Source: Minisyncoccota bacterium (GTDB lineage: Bacteria; Patescibacteriota; Minisyncoccia; Phycocordibacterales; GWA1-40-21). Taken from it: DNA of 64,000 nt. Position 1 is the stretch's first letter; the number at the start of each line of letters is the position of its first letter. Of the stretch, positions 8,969-19,072 are shown one piece after another. A program made the translations under genes and the position numbers. The notes under the pieces were generated by a model. It made no database searches and was not told the origin of the DNA. It worked only from the letters and a program-made list of their open reading frames with translations. The stretch is taken from positions 164-64,163 of the forward strand of contig JBAZYH010000004.1 in the NCBI GenBank assembly GCA_041659365.1, in the 5' to 3' direction.

Positions 8969-10261
8969 TTATAAACTCAAATTTCCATTGGCTTTAAAAT
9001 CTGTTTCTGGTTTTTTGCCAGATAAAATATTTAGATATCCCGCGACTGCTATCATAAAAGCATTGTCCGTAGAAGCACTAAATTCTGGAATCATAAGTTC
9101 AACATGAATATCTTCTGCGAGTTTTGCAAAATCACTTCTTATTTTTTTATTTGCACTTACACCACCACCGATTATTATAGTTTGTGCTCCGTATTGTTCA
9201 ACGGCTTGTTGGGTTTTTTTAATTATTACTTCTACTACAGCATCTTCAAATTCTCGAGCTATTTCTTGTTTGATAGAATCAGTTAATTTGGCTAAAACAT
9301 TTTTTTCAGAAAAATGTTCGCCCGACTCGTCTTTCTGTGAAGACGAGTTTAGGGTAATTTTTTGTACTGTATAAAGTACAGCAGTTTTTATTCCTGAGAA
9401 AGAAAAATTTAAATCATGAGAATGTATCATTGGACGAGGAAGAGGGAACGCGGATTTACGCGGACCAGACGCAGAATCATGCGGATGTTCAAGTCTATCC
9501 TTTTCTGCGAGTTTAGATATTTGTGGACCACCAGGATATGGTAGACCTAGTATTCTTGCAACCTTATCAAAAGCTTCTCCGATAGCATCATCTCTTGTGC
9601 TTCCAATTATTTCATATTTTTGGTTTTCTTTACTTAGGACAAGTTGGGTATGCCCACCGCTTATGAGGAGAGCAATGACGGGATAATTAGGGGATTGAAT
9701 GTTGAATGTTGGATGTTGAATATTAGTTTCTTTACATTCACTATTCAATATTCCACATTCTCGTTGTAGCATGGCTACAACGACATGTCCTTCCATGTGG
9801 TTTACAGGGATTATAGGGATGTTCCAGGCTTCTGATAATGCTTTTGCGAAGCATATACCAACCCAGAGTGCTGGTTCAAGCCCAGGGCCATTGGTGACCG
9901 CTATAGCATCTATGTCTGGTTTTTCTATTTTCTCAATGAGTTCAATTAAATCTTCAGATAGATCATTTTCTCTTGCTAGAATTTCTTTTATTCTTTCTTT
10001 TCTTGAATCTCGAATCATAAATCTTGAATCCTTTTTCATCCCGGCTTCCTCAAGACATTTTTCAAGTTGGGGAGTAAGGTTTAGAGCATGTTCCCTTTTT
10101 GCCATCATAGGATAAACACCACCATACTGTGCATGTATAGCTATTTGAGAATATAATTGGTTCCCAAGTATTTTTATTTTTGAACCAACAGAATCATTTT
10201 CTGTTTCAATAATACAAACCCCTGTTTCATCGCATGATGTTTCTATGCCTAAGATTTTCAT
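8969..10261 (-). CDS. tsaD: tRNA N6-adenosine threonylcarbamoyltransferase TsaD, enlarged by in-frame repeat insertions
   Basis: ILGIETSCDET, NHMEGH, ISGGHT, DDAIGEAFDKVAR, FSFSGIKT and TDNA motifs. Confidence 0.97.
   Translation of the reverse strand: MKILGIETSCDETGVCIIETENDSVGSKIKILGNQLYSQIAIHAQYGGVYPMMAKREHALNLTPQLEKCLEEAGMKKDSRFMIRDSRKERIKEILARENDLSEDLIELIEKIEKPDIDAIAVTNGPGLEPALWVGICFAKALSEAWNIPIIPVNHMEGHVVVAMLQRECGILNSECKETNIQHPTFNIQSPNYPVIALLISGGHTQLVLSKENQKYEIIGSTRDDAIGEAFDKVARILGLPYPGGPQISKLAEKDRLEHPHDSASGPRKSAFPLPRPMIHSHDLNFSFSGIKTAVLYTVQKITLNSSSQKDESGEHFSEKNVLAKLTDSIKQEIAREFEDAVVEVIIKKTQQAVEQYGAQTIIIGGGVSANKKIRSDFAKLAEDIHVELMIPEFSASTDNAFMIAVAGYLNILSGKKPETDFKANGNLSL
9290..9354 (+). 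repeat. Double-hairpin GGCTAAA/TCGCCCGA element, copy 3, inside tsaD (antisense, frame preserved)
   Basis: GGCTAAA-ACATTTTT/AAAAATGT-TCGCCCGA-CTCGTCTT/AAGACGAG-TTTAGGG. Confidence 0.8.
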
Positions 10262-10393
10262 AAGTTAAAGATTAACATTTTTTTGGGGAAAGGGAAGATG
10301 GCGAAAATTAAGGTGATATTTATTGTGTTTCTTTTCTGGACTTATTATTATAAAAGTGGTAGTTTTTGTTAAACAACAAGAAAGGAGTTCTTT

Positions 10394-10687
10394 ATGAGTT
10401 CAATCAGAATTATCTCAATCCCTCCTGGGCAAGCTCCGGAATGGGTTCGTAAAGAATGGATTGGAGTTGAAATCCCGCTTTCCGAACAGAAATCGAGTGG
10501 AATTCAGATGGGAGTTCGTGGTGGTGCAGCCAAAAATGTTGGTGGGTACCAGGTGGAAACTAGTAAGGCTATTGAAGCTTTGCAGAAGAAATCACCGATG
10601 GCCGCGAAGTGGTGGAAAGATAACGTACCGCTCGTCTCAATAGTACACCTTGTTTTTTCCAAAGAGGTGTGCGAGCTTGTATCGTAA
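10394..10687 (+). CDS. Hypothetical protein
   Basis: AAAGGAG SD; PPGQAPEWVRKEWIG; terminator-like hairpin follows. Confidence 0.75.
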   Translation: MSSIRIISIPPGQAPEWVRKEWIGVEIPLSEQKSSGIQMGVRGGAAKNVGGYQVETSKAIEALQKKSPMAAKWWKDNVPLVSIVHLVFSKEVCELVS

Positions 10688-11072
10688 CTGTCGTTTGAAT
10701 TTCAAAACTGCTGAACTAAAAATCCAGCAGTTTTTTTATATTAAATATTTTTACGGGGAAGTTCGACACTTACAGTGTCAGTACCTTCATTGGATATTTT
10801 TATTGGTATGCTTCGCATCTATAATAATGTGAGCCGCAATAATTTGTTCGTCGTCACTCACAAATTTTCCAGCCCCGGACTCAGCTTTTTTCCTACTGAA
10901 AAAATATGCTTCCGTCTTCACAAAAGCGAAAAAGACTGGAGAAGTCCAGTCTTTTTAAAATCCGCTTTTGTGAGCCTTCTCGAACTGTGACCTTGTGGTT
11001 CCTTACCCCATAATGTTATTTATAATGTTTTTAGTGTAACAGTTTAACCCTTCTCGTGAGACTATAAAATGG

Positions 11073-11390
11073 CTATTGTTTGTTTCCTATAATTATTTTG
11101 AAAGAGTCACTATCATCTTTGGGGTTTTCAATAATTTGACCGTTTATTGGCTGAGAATAAACAGCTTGATTAACTCCATTAACTTTATAGTTATTTCTAT
11201 CTAGATATTCTTTAATTTGGGATGCAAAATTATAAGCTTCACCATCACCTAATACAGAAGTTACATTAACAGAAGATCCAGTAGGAATTAATTGCTTGAG
11301 CTGTGTTTCTAGTGATGAATCTAATTTTCTTGGTTGGGGACCTAGATATACATTATTATTACCATTTATGTTGTTTTGATTGATATCCAT
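11073..11390 (-). CDS. Hypothetical protein
   Basis: 105-aa ORF, Asn-rich N-terminus. Confidence 0.65.
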   Translation of the reverse strand: MDINQNNINGNNNVYLGPQPRKLDSSLETQLKQLIPTGSSVNVTSVLGDGEAYNFASQIKEYLDRNNYKVNGVNQAVYSQPINGQIIENPKDDSDSFKIIIGNKQ

Positions 11391-11394
11391 ATAT

Positions 11395-11574
11395 TTACTT
11401 TGTTAAGAATGCATAAATATAGTTAGCAACAATTGAAATTATAATTCCTATGATAAAACCTTCTCCGCGCATTTTCCAAGTAAACTTATTGTTTGTTTTT
11501 GTTTCATTACCTGAATCAGAAAGATGGGCGTTGTTCTCACCATTTGTATTATTTTGTTTTATATTTACAGACAT
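11395..11574 (-). CDS. Small hypothetical protein with C-terminal TM helix (59 aa, below the ORF track cutoff)
   Basis: Translated by hand: MSVNIKQNNTNGENN...GFIIGIIISIVANYIYAFLTK; ends 4 nt before the next ORF. Confidence 0.55.
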   Translation of the reverse strand: MSVNIKQNNTNGENNAHLSDSGNETKTNNKFTWKMRGEGFIIGIIISIVANYIYAFLTK

Positions 11575-11781
11575 AAATTTAAATATTACATATTTATAAT
11601 ACTTCTCGTGTTAGCACTTGTTGGTGACCCCTTTGTCCCTAGAATGGAACACCGTTCAAAGTGAAGTAAAACGATGGAATGAAGTATTTAATTTTTATAA
11701 AATAATTCCATCTTACTCAATATAAGCTTATAAATACGAATAATAAATAATATTTAATTACCGTTAAGGGTATAGAACACT

Positions 11782-12273
11782 ATGAATACTACATTTAAAC
11801 AATTAAATACTGAAACAGAAAAAATCAGCATTAAAGATTTTTTACTAAAACCATCAGCTTATTATCAAGTCGTTCCTAATCATTTTATAAAAATTGGTAG
11901 ACCAACATTTGATGGAAAAAATGAAAGTGAAGTAGTTGCGAAATTACAGTATGCCTTTTCTATAGGAGCAAAAGTCTCAGAAGCCTGTTGTTTTGCGGGT
12001 ATTTCAAAAGATTCATTCCATAGATATTGTAAAAGATATCCAGAGTTTCGCGACAAAATAGAGCTTTTACAAAACACACCAATTTTTATTTCTAGAGTTA
12101 TTATTTATAATGCAATATTAAATAATGATTTAAAAATATCCAAGTGGTATCTTGAAAAGAAATGTCCTGAAGAATTTTCTTACAATAGACCACTTATGAT
12201 TAAATTGAAACAAAAAGAAGAAAGAATAGAATATCTGGAAGGAATTTTAAAAAATAAGAAAATTTTGTTTTAA
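11782..12273 (+). CDS. HTH protein resembling a phage terminase small subunit
   Basis: GRPT...KLQYAFSIGAKVSEACCFAGISKDSFHRY and KWYLEKKCPEEF pattern. Confidence 0.6.
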   Translation: MNTTFKQLNTETEKISIKDFLLKPSAYYQVVPNHFIKIGRPTFDGKNESEVVAKLQYAFSIGAKVSEACCFAGISKDSFHRYCKRYPEFRDKIELLQNTPIFISRVIIYNAILNNDLKISKWYLEKKCPEEFSYNRPLMIKLKQKEERIEYLEGILKNKKILF

Positions 12274-12309
12274 TTATTGGGATATAAAATTTGTGTTAAA
12301 ATTAGAATT

Positions 12310-12771
12310 ATGAAAATAAAAGAAATTAAAAAAAGAATTAATAATGCATTAGATAGACTTTACGATGTTGATCAATTTATAATTGATAATGATCTCTGTG
12401 AAAGATGTATAAATTTTAGATTTGCTCTTCATTTGCAAAATAATTTTCCAGAATATTTTGTTGATTGTGAGTACAATAAATCTCATATTGGTTTAATTAA
12501 TGATCAAAAAAGAGTTTTGGATACAGGAAATGGTAACTTTATCGATATTATTATTGGAAAACGTTCTAGATCACCAAAAGATGATTTTATCTGTTTTGAA
12601 ACTAAAAAATCGAATAGTAATGATGTTTTAGGAATAGAGAACGATATTAATAAATTAAAAATATTAACAAGTGGTGGTCAATTTGATTATAAATATGGTT
12701 TTAAAATAGTTTTTTCATTATTAAGAAAAGATGTCATACTTGAAACTTATAAAAAAGCAAAGTTATTATAG
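12310..12771 (+). CDS. Putative PD-(D/E)xK-type nuclease
   Basis: VDCEYNK, IDIII and FETKK spacing. Confidence 0.55.
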   Translation: MKIKEIKKRINNALDRLYDVDQFIIDNDLCERCINFRFALHLQNNFPEYFVDCEYNKSHIGLINDQKRVLDTGNGNFIDIIIGKRSRSPKDDFICFETKKSNSNDVLGIENDINKLKILTSGGQFDYKYGFKIVFSLLRKDVILETYKKAKLL

Positions 12772-12878
12772 AGTAATGGGCTATTTTGTGGACAATTACG
12801 GATTGCTTATAATAAAAAAATATCGTAATATGTAGATGTAAAGTTGTTGTTTTTAAATTGTATTTTAAAATTACGAAA

Positions 12879-13997
12879 ATGGCGTCCATAAATCTTATAG
12901 AAAAAATAACTAATCTTTTTGTAGAAGGTAAACATCAACAAATAATAGATGTTTTGAGTGAGGAATCTGTCAGATTAAAAAAAACTGGTAAAATGGTAGC
13001 CAGTAAAAAACTTCAAAACATTATTAAAAAAATACCTATTAATAAAAGTTCTTTTGTTGGAGCATCCTCTAATCATTCTGTAAAATCAATAGATATTTCA
13101 AATTATCGTGAAAATAATCTAGTAAAAAAATATTATTCTCAAGTTACACCAGAACAAGTGATTCTAAATATTTCTGCAAAAGATAAAATAGAAAATCTTT
13201 TTAAAGAATGGGAAGATTTTGATAGACTTTCTAAACATAATCTCTTCCCAACAAATAGAATTTTATTTTATGGTCCACCTGGTACAGGAAAAACTTTGTT
13301 AGCAAATGCAATTGCACAACACTTAGATTTTCCACTTGTTTTAGTTAGGTTGGATGAATTAATCTCTTCATTTTTAGGTGAAACTGGTAAAAATATTAGA
13401 GATATATTTGAAATTGCGTCAAAAGAACCCGTGGTGTTATTTTTAGATGAAATAGATACTATTGCTAAATTTAGATCTGATGAAAAAGAATTAGGTGAAT
13501 TAAAAAGAGTTGTTACAGTTTTGTTACAAAATATTGATTTTTTTCCAAATCAATCAATAATTATTGGCGCAACAAATCACGATGGTATTCTCGATAAAGC
13601 AATCTGGAGAAGATTTCCATTAAAATTGAAATTGGATTTACCCGATATTAATAGTAGAAAATTATTGTTTAAACTTTTTTTAAAAGGAACAGATCATAGT
13701 ATTGATTACGATTTAATAGCAAACATTACCGAAGGGTTAAACGGATCAGAGATTTTTGATATTGTTCAAAATGCAAAAAAACAATCAATACTTACAAACA
13801 GTAATAAGGTTACAAATATAATTATTGCCCAATCTTATCTAATAACATATAATATAGAAAAACCTCATATTGGATCGACTAAAAAAACAATATATGCTTT
13901 GTGTCAAAAACTCAAAGATTCTGGTTTAAAACTAAGAGAAATTGAAACTATATCTGGTATAGCATATACAACTCTTCGAGATAATTTAAAAAAATAA
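12879..13997 (+). CDS. AAA+ ATPase with C-terminal HTH (IetA-like)
   Basis: Walker A GPPGTGKT, Walker B LFLDEID, ATNH..LDKAIWRRF; overlaps the S8 protease start (TAATG). Confidence 0.9.
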   Translation: MASINLIEKITNLFVEGKHQQIIDVLSEESVRLKKTGKMVASKKLQNIIKKIPINKSSFVGASSNHSVKSIDISNYRENNLVKKYYSQVTPEQVILNISAKDKIENLFKEWEDFDRLSKHNLFPTNRILFYGPPGTGKTLLANAIAQHLDFPLVLVRLDELISSFLGETGKNIRDIFEIASKEPVVLFLDEIDTIAKFRSDEKELGELKRVVTVLLQNIDFFPNQSIIIGATNHDGILDKAIWRRFPLKLKLDLPDINSRKLLFKLFLKGTDHSIDYDLIANITEGLNGSEIFDIVQNAKKQSILTNSNKVTNIIIAQSYLITYNIEKPHIGSTKKTIYALCQKLKDSGLKLREIETISGIAYTTLRDNLKK

Positions 13998-16354
13998 TGT
14001 ATACCTTACTTATTCCAAAAGAAAAAAGTAGACGGGAGAAAAAAACAGGTGGCGGACCATTCTGGAAAGCTTATTGGGAAAAAGAAGTTGAAAAAAATCC
14101 AACCTATTATGCTTCTCAGTACAGTAAGCGTATTTCAAATTTAGATTCTGCTATTGATGGTTTTAGAAATAAATATTCTAAAAAGGATAGGAGATATTAT
14201 GCTGAAATTAAATTAGACGAAAGAGTGTCGTCAAAATCTACTGAGCCAACGAAATTGTGGATAGAAGCAGGACTGACAGTTGTTGAAACCAAGGAGCGCA
14301 ATGGAGAAACTTTTTTTACGATAAGTGGATCACTCGAAGATTTTGCAAAATTTAAAAAAATTACAGGTTCTGCAACGTTCGATACTGCTCATAGTGGTAA
14401 AGGTAAGATTCAAGATATGTCTAGGCAGGTATTCGCTGTTACTGAAATCTATGATAAAAATGATTCAATTAATAACAGAATTTCTGTACATCTTAGAGAG
14501 TTGATAAAAGATAATTACTCTAAACAACTTGATTGTGTTATTACTATACATTATGAACGAAATATATCTGAATACGATATAATTTTTAATGAAATTGAGC
14601 AAAAAATTGGGGTTGGTAATCTTCATAAGAGAGACAAAGAATTTTTTATAAGTAATATGTCGTATCGTGCAAATGTTCATATCAAACAAATTATTGATTT
14701 ACTTACTGATTCAACGTACGGCTATATTGCCCGCATAAAAATAAATCCAGAATTTATTTTTCAAAGGTCTACTCCAAGTATAAATCTAACTTCAGTTCAA
14801 ATAGGTAAATTATTAACTGATGAAAAAGTTGTTTTTATTGATAGTGGAATAGATAATAAAGTAATAAATCCTTTTATTTCCCACTCAATGAATTTTTTGT
14901 CTGGTTCAGATATTCCTGACAAAAAACACGGCACAAGTGTGGCTAGTCGATTTTTATTTGGAAATAATTTTTTTGAAAAAGTATCAAAAGGAGAAAAAAT
15001 AGATCCAACTGCAAAAATTATTGATGTTCAGATTTTACATAAAGACCCTGATGGATCTTCATCTGTTGATCCTGATGTTTTAATGAAATCAATAAAAGAA
15101 TCAACAAATAAAATAGATGACGTCACTATATATAATTTATCAATTGCTTGTAAAGAGCCTATAAACGAACAAAATGATATTGATGATTCAACTGCTTTAA
15201 TCGATAGTATCTCGAGTAAAAAAGATATTCTCTTTATTACTGCAGTTGGAAATCAAAGTGGTAATTATACACTTGGTTACAAAGATATTTTTAAAGATGA
15301 ATCTTGTAATATATCATCACCTTCTGATGCAATAAATGCTCTTTCGGTTGGTTCTATATCTGAAATTGCTCATAAAGATACTTTGTGTGGCACTGTTGAT
15401 TACCCATCTCCTTTTACAAGAAAGGGTGGTTTTCGAAATGATATTAAAAAACCAGAACTTGTAGCGTATGGTGGTAACATCGAAAAAGATATAAATAATA
15501 AATATGATATAGCACATCTTATTACATCTACAAATAAATATGGCGTTGACATAATGAGCTTGGATGAATTTTCTAGAGATATTGGAACTAGTTTAAGTGC
15601 ACCATTAATTACAAGGAGTGCTACTCTAGTATTAGATTATTTAAAAAAATCAAATCTCTCACAACAAATTCCATTATTTAAATACAATAAAGCTAATCTA
15701 GTTAAGGCATTGCTGATACATTCAACCTCCAGAATTACTCAAGCAAAAATTAAAGACGATACTCTTAAAAGAGCGTATGGTTTTGGAAAAACAGATCATA
15801 TGTCAGCTCTGTTTGATGATACAGAGGATACAGTTACTATTACGTATGCTGATGCTATTAGTTTTTCAGAGAAAAAACAGAAAATTTTAATAAAACTGCC
15901 AGACTATCTTTTGGGTCAGAATATTGAGTTTGTCTTTACACTTGTTTATAATCCACCAGTTAATTCTAATTTTAAAGAATATAAAATGGTCAATCTTCAA
16001 GGTTCTGTTGGTCTTGTGTTTCCAAAAATGGAAAATGGAAAACCAAACGGAAAAATGGATGTAAAACCTTTAGCACCATCACATAGTTGGGATAATTATA
16101 AATCATCAGATTTTAATACAATTCACTATAAAAAAAATATTAAAAAATTAGATTATCTTGATTTACAAATTGGTATTCAAATGACAGTATCAAGTCAGCT
16201 TTTGAATGAAATACCAGAAGATAAAATTTTACAAAATTACGCAATCGTTCTTTCAATAAAAGATATGTCAAAAAAAGGTAAACTTAGAAGCCAGTTGCTT
16301 CTTAAAAATCAACTCGTTGAATTAATTGAAAATCAGGTAAAAATTACAATATAG
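13997..16354 (+). CDS. S8 family (subtilisin-like) serine peptidase (IetS-like)
   Basis: Catalytic triad FIDSG / HGTSVAS / GTSLSAP; IKKPELVAYGGN; no signal peptide. Confidence 0.9.
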   Translation: MYTLLIPKEKSRREKKTGGGPFWKAYWEKEVEKNPTYYASQYSKRISNLDSAIDGFRNKYSKKDRRYYAEIKLDERVSSKSTEPTKLWIEAGLTVVETKERNGETFFTISGSLEDFAKFKKITGSATFDTAHSGKGKIQDMSRQVFAVTEIYDKNDSINNRISVHLRELIKDNYSKQLDCVITIHYERNISEYDIIFNEIEQKIGVGNLHKRDKEFFISNMSYRANVHIKQIIDLLTDSTYGYIARIKINPEFIFQRSTPSINLTSVQIGKLLTDEKVVFIDSGIDNKVINPFISHSMNFLSGSDIPDKKHGTSVASRFLFGNNFFEKVSKGEKIDPTAKIIDVQILHKDPDGSSSVDPDVLMKSIKESTNKIDDVTIYNLSIACKEPINEQNDIDDSTALIDSISSKKDILFITAVGNQSGNYTLGYKDIFKDESCNISSPSDAINALSVGSISEIAHKDTLCGTVDYPSPFTRKGGFRNDIKKPELVAYGGNIEKDINNKYDIAHLITSTNKYGVDIMSLDEFSRDIGTSLSAPLITRSATLVLDYLKKSNLSQQIPLFKYNKANLVKALLIHSTSRITQAKIKDDTLKRAYGFGKTDHMSALFDDTEDTVTITYADAISFSEKKQKILIKLPDYLLGQNIEFVFTLVYNPPVNSNFKEYKMVNLQGSVGLVFPKMENGKPNGKMDVKPLAPSHSWDNYKSSDFNTIHYKKNIKKLDYLDLQIGIQMTVSSQLLNEIPEDKILQNYAIVLSIKDMSKKGKLRSQLLLKNQLVELIENQVKITI

Positions 16355-16624
16355 TGTTTGGTTTTCTGGGATTATTTTATATAAACCTTGCATTAAAAGT
16401 GTATATTGATATAATCAAATGACACAATTTAATAAGTAGAGACCTAACCCTTTTAAGATTTATTTTGAAAGGTATGGTCAAAAACGCACGATACAAAAAA
16501 CCCTCACATTAGGGCGTATCGTGCGTTGTATTGGGAAACTAATACAGAGGTTTAAAAACCTTCCTAGTGTGGGGCTTTTTCGTATCTACACACTAGACAT
16601 TATTAGTCTATTAACTTAAAAAAA

Positions 16625-17671
16625 ATGAAAGTGAAGCACGATATCACTCTCGGTGAATTAGGAGTAGTTTGTGGTTTAATTATTATTGTAATTTTTGCTA
16701 TTATTTATTGGTATATAGGAATACCTGCTTTAGTAATTTGGTATCTATTTAAAAAGAGAAAAAATAAATTTCCACTAAAAACAAATTTGATTATAGCTGG
16801 TGGCACTTTAGGTGTTGTATTTTCTGTCTTTTTCATAAATTTATATATTCATAGAACACCAAGTTTAACTATTTCTGAACCACAAGATTTAATAACTCTT
16901 CAGGTTGCAACCACTACGATTAAAGGGAAGGTTAGTCCGTCTTCAAGCAATTTAACTGTTAATGGTATAAGTATTAAGGCAAATTTCGGTGGACATTTCA
17001 TATATGAGGCTTCTTTAAAAAATGAAAATAATACCTATACTTTTATTGCAAATAATAAAGATAAAAGTCAAACACAAACACTAACAATTAAACGTATATT
17101 TACTGCAGATGAATTAGCTCAAATAGAACAAGCAAAAAAAGAGGCACTTGCTAAAGCGGAAAAAGATAAAGCAGATGAATTAAAAATAAGACTACAAAGA
17201 GAAATTGATAGTTTTAATAAGCCATTTGATAATAGTATTTATCGAAATGATATAACATCTCTTACTCTTGAAGTTATGTTATTTAGTGGTTGGGCAAAGT
17301 GGATTACAGAAGGAAAAGAATCTAATAATACAGAAGTTAAAAATTTAGCGAACCAATTAGAACAAAAGGTTTCCCAACGACAAATTAAAGAATTTCCTTT
17401 AATGAGAAAAACTTACGCTAAATTAATCGGAAATTTGTTATGGGAGCAAGATATATCAGTAGAAACACTTGGTGCTACAAATAAAACGATTCAACTTACA
17501 GGTGGAATTTTTGTGGCTAATAAAAGTAAATCAACGATTCAGGAACAATTATCTAAACAATTGAGGTTATTTAGATTTACAACAGCAAATTATAAGTGGT
17601 ATGAGTATGATGAAACATATACTTATTATGATATGGATAGTTACGTGGATAGTAAGGTAATTGAGTTATAA
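16625..17671 (+). CDS. Membrane-anchored protein with Ig-like beta-sandwich and coiled coil
   Basis: N-terminal TM helices; PSLTISEP...TIKGKVSP...LTVNG pattern. Confidence 0.7.
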   Translation: MKVKHDITLGELGVVCGLIIIVIFAIIYWYIGIPALVIWYLFKKRKNKFPLKTNLIIAGGTLGVVFSVFFINLYIHRTPSLTISEPQDLITLQVATTTIKGKVSPSSSNLTVNGISIKANFGGHFIYEASLKNENNTYTFIANNKDKSQTQTLTIKRIFTADELAQIEQAKKEALAKAEKDKADELKIRLQREIDSFNKPFDNSIYRNDITSLTLEVMLFSGWAKWITEGKESNNTEVKNLANQLEQKVSQRQIKEFPLMRKTYAKLIGNLLWEQDISVETLGATNKTIQLTGGIFVANKSKSTIQEQLSKQLRLFRFTTANYKWYEYDETYTYYDMDSYVDSKVIEL

Positions 17672-17681
17672 AAAATAATTT

Positions 17682-18065
17682 ATGAATAATGTTATCTACA
17701 CTTATGGGCATAGTGCCCGTGCTTTTTCAGAGTTCTTAAAAGGGCTTAAAGAAAATAATATAGAAATATTAATAGATTGCAGAACTCACCCACATAGTCG
17801 CTTTTGCCCTTGGTTCAATCAAAAAGCCCTCTCAGAGGGTTTAAATAAGGAAAGTATCACTTATCTATTTAAAGGTAAAAACCTTGGTGGTATGGGGGAA
17901 AATATTGATTATGAAAAAACTATAGGCGAACTAGTAGAAATGGTTAAAAAGGGAAAGAAGGTTTGTGTTATGTGTAGTGAAAAAGATTATAGAAAATGTC
18001 ATAGATTTTTAATGCTCACTCCTTCATTTGAGACAATGGGTGTAAAAGTTGAACATATAGAGTAA
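17682..18065 (+). CDS. DUF488 family protein
   Basis: IYTYGHS, LIDCRTHP and MCSEKDYRKCHR motifs. Confidence 0.88.
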   Translation: MNNVIYTYGHSARAFSEFLKGLKENNIEILIDCRTHPHSRFCPWFNQKALSEGLNKESITYLFKGKNLGGMGENIDYEKTIGELVEMVKKGKKVCVMCSEKDYRKCHRFLMLTPSFETMGVKVEHIE

Positions 18066-18075
18066 TATATATCTT

Positions 18076-18822
18076 ATGAAAGACAACTTCGTTAAAAAAT
18101 TACTTGAGCGATTAAGTCAAAAGCAAACCATTATAAAAAGAAATTATGGAGAAAATTTATATTTAGAAAATCGTAAAAAGTTAATATCTTTATTATTAAG
18201 TCACCCATATTATATTGAGGGAATTATTAAATTAAAAAATAGTATAAAAAATAGTAAAATTCCTGTTGGGGAAAGTAATGAAAAAGTATTTTTTTGGGAG
18301 CATTTCAATGATAATAATGTTCGTCTCATAAGAAAAAAGATTCAAAAATTAATATCAGAATTTAATTTTAATGTTTTATATATTAATGATATAGAACAAT
18401 TTACTTATGATTATATAATTTGTCCGTCTAGAATTGAAAAAATTTCAAAAGAGAATATACCCAGTTTGGTTATAGTTAATACAGACGAAGATAGAAAAAT
18501 TAATGCTCATTTATTTTCTTCAAATTCTCGATATATACAAATTTTTGACTGGACAACACTTAAAGATATACAAGAAAATTGGGATAAAATTAAAGAGGGT
18601 ATTTTAGAAAAATCTATAGAAATAGATGTGAGTGATGACCTTTCTAAACTTCTTTGGAAATTAAAATTAGAAGGAAAAAATATTAAAGAAATGACTTATG
18701 ACGTGAATACTAAATACAAATATTTGTTATCCAAAATAAAAGATAACCTCTTAGGCGAAGATAATACGAGGGTATATATACATCGCTATGAGACAAGGTT
18801 AAAAAAGTTAAAAGATTTTTAA
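18076..18822 (+). CDS. Hypothetical protein
   Basis: 248-aa ORF in an apparent operon. Confidence 0.7.
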   Translation: MKDNFVKKLLERLSQKQTIIKRNYGENLYLENRKKLISLLLSHPYYIEGIIKLKNSIKNSKIPVGESNEKVFFWEHFNDNNVRLIRKKIQKLISEFNFNVLYINDIEQFTYDYIICPSRIEKISKENIPSLVIVNTDEDRKINAHLFSSNSRYIQIFDWTTLKDIQENWDKIKEGILEKSIEIDVSDDLSKLLWKLKLEGKNIKEMTYDVNTKYKYLLSKIKDNLLGEDNTRVYIHRYETRLKKLKDF

Positions 18823-18889
18823 AATATTACAGGTGACAATATCAACACCTGTAATATCGTAAAAAAGAATATTTTCCTAAGATATAAGA

Positions 18890-19072
18890 ATGATATCTAA
18901 GGAAGATTTTAAAAAAGCTCTCGGAGAAAAGATTCATTCTATTTCAGAAGAAGATATAGAAAAACTGAGAATTGGAATGGATGAAATGGCGGAAATCCTT
19001 TTTGATATTTGGAATGATAAAATAATTAAATTAGATGAAGGAAAAACAATTTCAACAACAAAAAATATGTAG
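18890..19072 (+). CDS. Small hypothetical protein upstream of the recombinase
   Basis: 60-aa ORF overlapping the recombinase start. Confidence 0.55.
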   Translation: MISKEDFKKALGEKIHSISEEDIEKLRIGMDEMAEILFDIWNDKIIKLDEGKTISTTKNM

